In this document: positions 56,926 to 64,000 of the stretch, piece by piece | Layout: each line of letters begins with the position of its first letter | How positions within the stretch are numbered: position 1 is the first letter of the stretch | Origin: Geopsychrobacteraceae bacterium | GTDB taxonomy: Bacteria > Desulfobacterota > Desulfuromonadia > Desulfuromonadales > Geopsychrobacteraceae | Assembly (NCBI GenBank): GCA_963662315.1 | Contig: OY759353.1 | Location: 704,001-768,000 of the forward strand | Reading direction: 5' to 3' | DNA length: 64,000 nt | The notes under the pieces: model-generated | Seen by the model: the letters and a program-made list of their open reading frames with translations, nothing else | Databases searched by the model: none | Told to the model about the DNA's origin: nothing | Program-made: the position numbers and the translations under genes

Positions 56926-58053
56926 ATGAAAGCAGTTCTTGCGCTTGCAGATGGCAAGTATTTTGTTGGCAAAGCTCTTGGTGCGGTTGGAGAAGTCGCG
57001 GGAGAGGTTGTCTTTAATACGAGTATGACGGGATATCAGGAGATTTTGACTGATCCTTCATATAATGGCGAAATTGTCACAATGACCTATCCCCAGATTG
57101 GCAATTATGGAATTAATTCGGAAGATGTCGAGTCTAGCCAACCCTTTTTGTCCGGGTTTGTTGTTAAGGAGTCTTGTCCGTTTCCAAGTAACTTTCGGTC
57201 CGAAATGTCGCTGGATGACTATTTAAAGCAAAATAGCATTGTCGGGATTGAGGGGATTGATACGCGTGCGCTGGTTCGTCATATCCGTACTGCCGGAGCT
57301 CAGACCGGCATTATCTCCTCGATTGACACCGATCCTGCCAGCCTGATCGAAAAAGCGCAAAAAGCTCCCTCAATTGTCGGTCGAGATCTGGTCAAGGAAG
57401 TCACCTGCGCTGAGTCCTATCATGCTACTGAAGAGGTGTGGCAACTAGGCGAGGGCTATAAAGATAGTTCCGATACTGTCAAGCCTTACAAGGTTGTTGC
57501 TTATGACTTTGGAATCAAGCGCAATATCCTGCGGAATCTGAGGTCTGCAGGGTGTGATGTTACCGTTGTGCCAGCGACAACCAGCTCTGAAGAAGTGCTG
57601 AGTATGAATCCTGATGGTGTGTTCCTGAGTAATGGCCCTGGTGATCCCGAACCGTTGGTTTACGCTCAAGATAATATTCGTCAACTGTTAGGGCGGGTCC
57701 CTATTTTTGGAATCTGTCTTGGCCACCAGCTACTCTCCATCGCACTTGGCGCCAAAACCTATAAACTCAAGTTTGGTCACCGGGGCGGCAATCAGCCGGT
57801 TCTTGATCATAAGCGTGCCCAGGTGGAAATCACTTCACAGAATCATGGTTTTGCTGTGGATGCCGGAAGTCTCGATCCTGAACAGGTGAGTGTTACTCAT
57901 GTGAACCTTAATGATGATACAGTTGAGGGTATTCAGCACAAAACTTTGCCGGCATTCTCTGTACAATATCACCCGGAAGCGTCTCCTGGCCCGCATGATG
58001 CCAAGTACCTTTTTGAGCGTTTCATTCAGATGATGGCTGAGAATAAAAAGTAA
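56926..58053 (+). CDS. carA: Carbamoyl-phosphate synthase small subunit
   Basis: GEVVFNT.MTGYQE, SNGPGDP, GICLGHQ and [10 protein letters not shown]. Confidence 0.98.
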   Translation: MKAVLALADGKYFVGKALGAVGEVAGEVVFNTSMTGYQEILTDPSYNGEIVTMTYPQIGNYGINSEDVESSQPFLSGFVVKESCPFPSNFRSEMSLDDYLKQNSIVGIEGIDTRALVRHIRTAGAQTGIISSIDTDPASLIEKAQKAPSIVGRDLVKEVTCAESYHATEEVWQLGEGYKDSSDTVKPYKVVAYDFGIKRNILRNLRSAGCDVTVVPATTSSEEVLSMNPDGVFLSNGPGDPEPLVYAQDNIRQLLGRVPIFGICLGHQLLSIALGAKTYKLKFGHRGGNQPVLDHKRAQVEITSQNHGFAVDAGSLDPEQVSVTHVNLNDDTVEGIQHKTLPAFSVQYHPEASPGPHDAKYLFERFIQMMAENKK

Positions 58054-58098
58054 TTCTCACCCAATTAGTGCTATTCGTAATAATTTAAAGGAACAACC

Positions 58099-61000
58099 AT
58101 GCCTAAGCGTGATGATATAAAAAAGATCTTGATTATTGGTGCCGGGCCAATCGTTATTGGCCAGGCGTGTGAGTTTGACTATTCCGGTACCCAGGCTTGT
58201 AAGGCCTTGAAAGAAGAAGGGTACGAGGTCGTTTTACTCAATTCCAATCCAGCCACAATTATGACCGATCCTGATTTTGCTGATCGGACCTACGTCGAGC
58301 CAGTTACTCCTGACAGCCTGACCAAAATTATTGCCAAAGAGCGTCCTGATGCGTTGTTGCCGACTCTCGGGGGACAGACCGCGCTAAATACTGCGGTAGC
58401 TGTTGCCGAGGCCGGGGTGCTTGATGAGTATAATGTTGAATTAATCGGTGCAAAACTTGGTCCGATTAAGAAGGCTGAAGATCGGACACTGTTTAAACAG
58501 GCAATGGAAAAGATAGGGGTTAATGTTCCACGTTCCGGCCTTGCTCATAGTCATAAGGAAGCGATGGAAATCATTGAATATATCGGTTTCCCTGCGATTA
58601 TCAGGCCTTCTTTTACTCTGGGTGGAACTGGTGGTGGCATTGCCTATAATCGTGAAGAATACGAGAGCATGGCGATTGCCGGTATTGATGCTTCTCCGAC
58701 CAACGAAATTCTGGTTGAAGAGTCTGTTATCGGCTGGAAAGAGTACGAACTCGAAGTTATGCGGGATACCGCCGATAATGTTGTCATTATCTGTTCCATT
58801 GAGAACTTCGATGCTATGGGGGTTCATACCGGGGATTCCATAACTATTGCTCCGGCTCAGACGCTCACTGACAAGGAATATCAGATTCTGCGGGACGCTT
58901 CGTTGAAAATCATCCGCGAAATCGGCGTCGATACCGGCGGGTCAAATATTCAGTTTGGGATCAACCCCAAAGATGGCCGTCTTGTCGTTATCGAAATGAA
59001 TCCTCGTGTGTCCCGTTCTTCGGCCTTGGCGTCAAAGGCAACAGGCTTCCCGATTGCAAAAATTGCAGCCAAACTTTCGGTCGGCTACCGGCTTGATGAA
59101 ATTTCCAATGATATTACCCGCGAGACGCTGGCTTCTTTTGAACCGACCATCGATTATGTGGTGACTAAGGTTCCGCGTTTTACTTTTGAAAAATTCCCTC
59201 AGGCAGATGCGACATTGACGACTCAGATGAAATCTGTTGGTGAAGCAATGGCTATTGGCAGAACTTTTAAGGAAAGTCTGCAAAAAGCGTTGCGGTCTCT
59301 CGAAATCGGTTCCTATGGTTTTGAAAGTCGGCTGTTTGCTTCTCCTGCCGAATATGGCCGGGAGCTTTCCGAAGCAGAGGTTAGTCTGCTTAAAGAAAAA
59401 CTGCATGTTCCTAACTGGGAACGTATGTGGTATCTGGCCGATGCTTTCCGGGCCGGCATGACAACTGAGGAAATTAATTCTCTGACTGGTATTGACCCCT
59501 GGTTCTTGAATAATATTGCACAGATTGTCACCAAAGAAGCAGAACTTGTTGACAATAGCGATAAGCTCGCTAGTAAAGATGAAGCGTTTGCGGAACTTTT
59601 ACGTGAAGCCAAGCGCTATGGGTTCGCAGACCGGCGTCTTGCTACTTTGTGGAAGATTACCGAAAACGATGTCCGGCAATTGCGTCATGATCTGAATGTT
59701 CTGCCTGTTTATAAGCGGGTTGATACCTGTGGCGCTGAATTCGAAGCCTATACTCCGTACCTGTATTCTACTTACGAGTCAGAGTGCGAAGCGGCTCCCA
59801 CTGATCGTCAGAAAATTATGATCCTGGGTGGTGGTCCAAACCGAATCGGTCAGGGGATTGAGTTTGACTATTGCTGTGTGCATGGCGCTTTTTCTCTGTC
59901 AGAGGCCGGCTATGAAACAATCATGGTTAACTGTAATCCGGAAACGGTTTCTACCGACTATGACACGTCGGACCGTTTATATTTTGAGCCTCTGACGTTT
60001 GAAGATGTGCTCGCTATTGTTGAAACGGAAAAGCCGGTTGGGGTTATCGTTCAATATGGCGGACAAACTCCTTTGAAGCTTGCCGTTGCTCTGGAAAAAG
60101 CCGGGGTTCCGATTATCGGTACCTCCCCGGATGCTATTGACCGGGCCGAAGACCGCGAGCGTTTTCAGGCGCTGCTTAATAAACTGAACCTGCGTCAGCC
60201 AGAAAATGGTATTGCACGTGCCTATGATGAGGCGGAAAAAATTGCCGAGCGCATCGGTTATCCGGTTGTTGTGCGTCCTTCTTACGTGCTTGGCGGGCGT
60301 GCCATGGAGATCGTATATACCGTTGAACGACTGCGCGATTACATGAAATATGCGGTTGACGCATCTCCTGAGCATCCGGTTCTGATTGACAAGTTCCTGA
60401 TCGATGCTATTGAGGTCGATGTTGATGCTCTGGCAGATGGTACCAACGTTGTGATTGGCGGCATCATGCAGCATATCGAAGAAGCAGGTATCCACTCAGG
60501 TGACTCGGCCTGTTCATTGCCCCCTTACTCGCTCCCCGAGGATATCATTGCGGAGATTCGTCGTCAGACCATTGAACTCGCTCTTGAGCTTCAGGTTGTT
60601 GGCCTGATGAATATTCAATATGCGGTCAAGGGTGGGGACATTTATCTGCTTGAGGTAAATCCACGTGCCAGCCGGACAGTGCCGTTTGTTTCCAAGGCGA
60701 CCAATCGCCCTCTGGCACAGATTGCAGCAAAGGTTATGGCCGGGAAAACTTTACCGGAATTGGGTGTCAGTGGTGATATTATCCCTGAGCATATTGCCAT
60801 AAAAGAGGCTGTTTTTCCGTTTGTTAAGTTCCCTGGTGTCGATACGCTGCTGGGTCCTGAAATGAAATCGACCGGTGAAGTTATGGGGATCGATTTTGAA
60901 TTTGGGAAGGCTTTTGCCAAGGCCCAGCTTGGGGCTAATGTCAAACTGCCACGGGAAGGCAAGATCTTTGTCAGTGTTAAAGATACAGATAAGGCTCATA

Positions 61001-61356
61001 TTGTTGAATCGATTAAAAAACTTGTCAGTGTCGGCTTCTCGGTTGTGGCAACGGGAGGTACGGCATCTTACCTGGCAGAGCAGGGTATTCCTGTTGACCG
61101 TATCAATAAGGTGAAAGAAGGACGCCCTCATTGTGTTGATGCTATCAAGAGCCGCGAAATCTGTATGGTTTTCAATACCACTCTTGGCGCACAATCGGTC
61201 ACTGATTCGTACTCAATCAGACGTTCGGCGTTGATGAACGAAGTGGCTTATTATACCACTGTCGCTGGTATAAAAGCCGTGACCGACGGCATTCTTGCCA
61301 TGCTTAGGGAAACGCTTGACGTCAAGCCGCTGCAAGAGTATTATAGCGTTTCTTGA
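58099..61356 (+). CDS. carB: Carbamoyl-phosphate synthase large subunit
   Basis: MPKR.DI...[16 protein letters not shown], duplicated ATP-grasp domains and an MGS domain. Confidence 0.98.
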   Translation: MPKRDDIKKILIIGAGPIVIGQACEFDYSGTQACKALKEEGYEVVLLNSNPATIMTDPDFADRTYVEPVTPDSLTKIIAKERPDALLPTLGGQTALNTAVAVAEAGVLDEYNVELIGAKLGPIKKAEDRTLFKQAMEKIGVNVPRSGLAHSHKEAMEIIEYIGFPAIIRPSFTLGGTGGGIAYNREEYESMAIAGIDASPTNEILVEESVIGWKEYELEVMRDTADNVVIICSIENFDAMGVHTGDSITIAPAQTLTDKEYQILRDASLKIIREIGVDTGGSNIQFGINPKDGRLVVIEMNPRVSRSSALASKATGFPIAKIAAKLSVGYRLDEISNDITRETLASFEPTIDYVVTKVPRFTFEKFPQADATLTTQMKSVGEAMAIGRTFKESLQKALRSLEIGSYGFESRLFASPAEYGRELSEAEVSLLKEKLHVPNWERMWYLADAFRAGMTTEEINSLTGIDPWFLNNIAQIVTKEAELVDNSDKLASKDEAFAELLREAKRYGFADRRLATLWKITENDVRQLRHDLNVLPVYKRVDTCGAEFEAYTPYLYSTYESECEAAPTDRQKIMILGGGPNRIGQGIEFDYCCVHGAFSLSEAGYETIMVNCNPETVSTDYDTSDRLYFEPLTFEDVLAIVETEKPVGVIVQYGGQTPLKLAVALEKAGVPIIGTSPDAIDRAEDRERFQALLNKLNLRQPENGIARAYDEAEKIAERIGYPVVVRPSYVLGGRAMEIVYTVERLRDYMKYAVDASPEHPVLIDKFLIDAIEVDVDALADGTNVVIGGIMQHIEEAGIHSGDSACSLPPYSLPEDIIAEIRRQTIELALELQVVGLMNIQYAVKGGDIYLLEVNPRASRTVPFVSKATNRPLAQIAAKVMAGKTLPELGVSGDIIPEHIAIKEAVFPFVKFPGVDTLLGPEMKSTGEVMGIDFEFGKAFAKAQLGANVKLPREGKIFVSVKDTDKAHIVESIKKLVSVGFSVVATGGTASYLAEQGIPVDRINKVKEGRPHCVDAIKSREICMVFNTTLGAQSVTDSYSIRRSALMNEVAYYTTVAGIKAVTDGILAMLRETLDVKPLQEYYSVS

Positions 61357-61383
61357 TTTAGAACGAGTTCATTAGTCATATAC

Positions 61384-61417
61384 CAGTGGGCGGGTTTTCC
61401 CGCCCGCTGTTTTTTTT
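61384..61417 (+). terminator. Intrinsic terminator between carB and greA
   Basis: CAGTGGGCGGG-tttt-CCCGCCCGCTG followed by T8. Confidence 0.85.
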
Positions 61418-61431
61418 AAGGAGTGAGATGT

Positions 61432-61908
61432 ATGAGCAATTCTGTTCCAATGACTGCTGAAGGGTATCAGCGGCTTCAGGACGAACTCAAACACCTTATT
61501 CGGGTTGAGCGCCCGAAAGTTGTCCAGGATATTGCTGAAGCGCGCAGTCATGGAGATTTGTCCGAAAATGCTGAATATGATGCTGCTAAAGACCGTCAGG
61601 CTTTTGTTGAAGGGCGTATTCAGGAGCTCAATAATAAAATCGCCTTAGCACAGGTGATTGATCCGAAAACTATTAAAAGTGATAAAATCGTTTTTGGTGC
61701 CAAGGTCACTCTGTTTGATGTTGATACTGAAAAAGAATTTAACTACCAGATCGTTGGTGAAGATGAAGCAGATATCAAGGTTGGTAAAATCTCCATCACC
61801 TCTCCGGTTGGGAAGGCTTTGATTGGCCATCAGGTTGATGAAGAAGTGCGTATTGCGGTTCCTTCAGGTGTTAAGGTCTATGAAGTTACCGATATTGAAT
61901 ATAGCTAA
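61432..61908 (+). CDS. greA: Transcription elongation factor GreA
   Basis: AR.HGDLSENAEY.AAK, IVGEDEADI and SP.GKALIG. Start ATG 61432. Confidence 0.96.
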   Translation: MSNSVPMTAEGYQRLQDELKHLIRVERPKVVQDIAEARSHGDLSENAEYDAAKDRQAFVEGRIQELNNKIALAQVIDPKTIKSDKIVFGAKVTLFDVDTEKEFNYQIVGEDEADIKVGKISITSPVGKALIGHQVDEEVRIAVPSGVKVYEVTDIEYS

Positions 61909-61934
61909 AGCTATTAAACAATAGCACTTTACCA

Positions 61935-61964
61935 GGGGTGTCTTGCTTAAGATGCCCCGTTTTT
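61935..61964 (+). terminator. Intrinsic terminator after greA
   Basis: GGGGTGTCTT-gctt-AAGATGCCCC followed by GTTTTT. Confidence 0.75.
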
Positions 61965-62034
61965 CTTGCAATTTATCGTGGGTTTTGTGAATATTTTAAC
62001 GATAAAGTATCTACGCAGTTACGCGGAGGTTTAA

Positions 62035-62238
62035 ATGGCTCAGAAAATTACCAAAGATATGACTTTTCAGGAAATAATCCAAATCAGCCCTAAGGTTGCG
62101 GCAGTTCTTGATCGCCATAATCTTGGTTGTGTCGGTTGTTTAGGGGCATCGACTGAATCCCTTGCTCAGGGGATACGCGCTCATGGTTTGAATCTTGAGC
62201 AGATTCTTGATGACCTTAATGCCGCTCTGGAAGATTGA
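62035..62238 (+). CDS. DUF1858 domain protein
   Basis: ITKDMT..EI, CVGC.GA..ESL.QG...HG; GGAGG RBS. Confidence 0.85.
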   Translation: MAQKITKDMTFQEIIQISPKVAAVLDRHNLGCVGCLGASTESLAQGIRAHGLNLEQILDDLNAALED

Positions 62239-62247
62239 TCATCGCCG

Positions 62248-64000
62248 ATGGTTTCATCGGGTCAGACTGTTGGCTTAAAATTTCTTCAGCAGGACATTTC
62301 TTCTCTGCGCGGGGTCGGTGCCCGTAACCTCGAAAAGTTACAGCGACTTGGTATTAAAACAGTTGAGGATGCTTTGTATCACCTGCCTTCTCGCTATGAA
62401 GACCGTCGCAAGCTCAAGAAAATAAGTCAACTTGTCACCGGACAGCAGGAGGTCTTTTTTGCTACGGTCCTCGCTTCTGGTGAAATTCAGACATCTCGTA
62501 GTCGAAAAAAAATTTACGAAATGATCGTCGGGGATGATACCGGACGTCTTTCCCTTAAATGGTTTCGTTACCGCAAGACTTGGCTGGAAAGCCGATTTCC
62601 CATTGGTCAGCAGGCGGTTTTTATAGGTGAGGTCAAGCGCTTCAGTACGGTGAGGGAAGTTCATCATCCTGATGCGGAATTGATAAACACGTCTGCGGAC
62701 CTCACTACGTATCTCGCCAGTAATCCAATTGAATTCGGTCGAATTCTTCCTGTATATCCCACGACGGAAGGCTTGTCCCAGAAGCAAATTCGTAAACTGT
62801 GGTCTCAACTGGTCGATCACTATGTTCGCTATATTCCGACCTTTCTTCCTGAATATCTTTTAGAAAAATATCAATTATTTCCTTTGGATCAAGCATTAAG
62901 GTTTATCCATTGGCCAGAGGAAAACTCTGATCTGGAACGTTTGGCTAGCGGTCGTGATCGTGCCCGTCAGTCTATTGTTTTCGATGAATTCTTTTTTCTG
63001 GAATTAGGTTTAGCTTTAAAAAGGGCAGGGGTGGAGCTGGAAACCGGTATAGCTTTTTCCTTTACCCATAAATATACAATTCCCTTATATAAATCTCTGC
63101 CATTCAAACTGACTGGGGCTCAACGGCGCGTGTTAGGTGATATCAAGCAGGACATGATGTCTCCTCAACCTATGCATCGATTATTGCAAGGGGATGTTGG
63201 CAGTGGAAAGACCCTTGTCGCGATGATGGCAGCATTGATTGCCATTGAAAATGATGCTCAGGTTGCTGTTGTGGCTCCTACCGAGATTCTCGCAGAGCAA
63301 CACTATAAAACATTTTGCCAATGGCTCGAACCTCTAGGGCTGACTGCCTGTCTTTTGCAGGGCAGTATGAGTGCAGGCAATAAGCGCACCACTCTTGATC
63401 GGATTGCTGAAGGGCGTGTTAATCTGATCGTTGGAACTCATGCTGTTTTACAGGATTCGGTTGAGTTTAAACGTCTTGGCCTTGGGATTATTGATGAACA
63501 ACATAGATTTGGCGTTAAACAGCGTAGTATTCTGAAGCATAAAGGTGAAAATCCAGACATTCTGGTTATGACCGCAACGCCAATCCCCAGGACCCTGTCC
63601 ATGACTCTTTATGGTGATCTCTCTGTATCGGTTATTGACGAACTGCCACCAGGGCGTAGGCCGATAACTACAAAACTCTATAAGACCAGTCAGCGCAGTA
63701 AAGCCTATAAATTAATCCGGGAACAGCTGGATCTGGGACGTCAAATTTATATTGTCTATCCGCTTGTCGAAGAATCGGAGAAAAGCGACTTGCAGGCCGC
63801 AACTGTTGCTGCTGATCAGCTTCAGGATGATATTTTCCCCGATATAAGTGTCGGTTTGCTCCACGGAAAAATGAAATCTGCCCAAAAAGATGCTGTTATG
63901 CAAGCTTTCCGTCACGGCGAGCTGCAGCTATTGGTGTCTACAACTGTCATTGAAGTCGGTGTTGATGTCCCGAATGCTTCGGTTATGGTTATTGAACATG
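62248..64000 (+). CDS. recG: ATP-dependent DNA helicase RecG, 5' part (runs off the window; not in ORF track)
   Basis: Manual translation: LRGVG, LP.RYEDR, RLLQGDVGSGKT, IIDEQHRFG, MTATPIPR and TTVIEVGVDVPNA. Confidence 0.96.
   Translation, partial: MVSSGQTVGLKFLQQDISSLRGVGARNLEKLQRLGIKTVEDALYHLPSRYEDRRKLKKISQLVTGQQEVFFATVLASGEIQTSRSRKKIYEMIVGDDTGRLSLKWFRYRKTWLESRFPIGQQAVFIGEVKRFSTVREVHHPDAELINTSADLTTYLASNPIEFGRILPVYPTTEGLSQKQIRKLWSQLVDHYVRYIPTFLPEYLLEKYQLFPLDQALRFIHWPEENSDLERLASGRDRARQSIVFDEFFFLELGLALKRAGVELETGIAFSFTHKYTIPLYKSLPFKLTGAQRRVLGDIKQDMMSPQPMHRLLQGDVGSGKTLVAMMAALIAIENDAQVAVVAPTEILAEQHYKTFCQWLEPLGLTACLLQGSMSAGNKRTTLDRIAEGRVNLIVGTHAVLQDSVEFKRLGLGIIDEQHRFGVKQRSILKHKGENPDILVMTATPIPRTLSMTLYGDLSVSVIDELPPGRRPITTKLYKTSQRSKAYKLIREQLDLGRQIYIVYPLVEESEKSDLQAATVAADQLQDDIFPDISVGLLHGKMKSAQKDAVMQAFRHGELQLLVSTTVIEVGVDVPNASVMVIEH

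Noticed and set aside
1251..63915. Numerous 60-240 aa ORFs antisense to or nested in housekeeping genes (e.g. 1251-1982, 53238-53837, 59977-60495, 62338-62820)
   Set aside because: They overlap well-supported genes, lack motifs and are expected shadow ORFs.
1..64000. CRISPR array, tRNA, rRNA or cyclic-dinucleotide (GEMM) riboswitch
   Set aside because: Intergenic regions were read by eye and no spaced direct repeats, cloverleaf or GEMM consensus were found. A covariance-model search would be needed to exclude weak cases.

Overview
A 64 kb bacterial chromosomal window. Gene content and style suggest a Desulfuromonadales/Geobacter-like deltaproteobacterium (inference). Most of it is housekeeping: an ABC-F ATPase, gluconokinase, a four-subunit 2-oxoacid:ferredoxin oxidoreductase with a LysR regulator, hrpB, csp, yacG-queD-queE, coaD/rsmD, dGTPase, greB, yhbY, azlCD, a polar amino acid ABC transporter, lepA-lepB, a PyrR-attenuated pyrR-pyrB-pyrC-carA-carB operon, greA and a partial recG. 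The centre (19580-46192) is one co-directional 26.6 kb, 12-gene envelope locus. It encodes a beta-helix lipoprotein, a 3403 aa DUF11/Ig-repeat surface protein, a 1690 aa protein with OmpA-like domains and a very large predicted beta-barrel, three TPR proteins, two small exported proteins, an ExbB/TolQ-like subunit, two ExbD-like subunits and a TonB-C/AgmX-PglI-like transducer. The 3' half resembles the core of the Myxococcus Agl-Glt machine. The whole locus is the best candidate for an uncharacterised proton-motive-force-driven secretion or surface-display system. No rRNA, tRNA, CRISPR array or transposase was recognised. All family calls come from motif recognition by eye, with no database searches.
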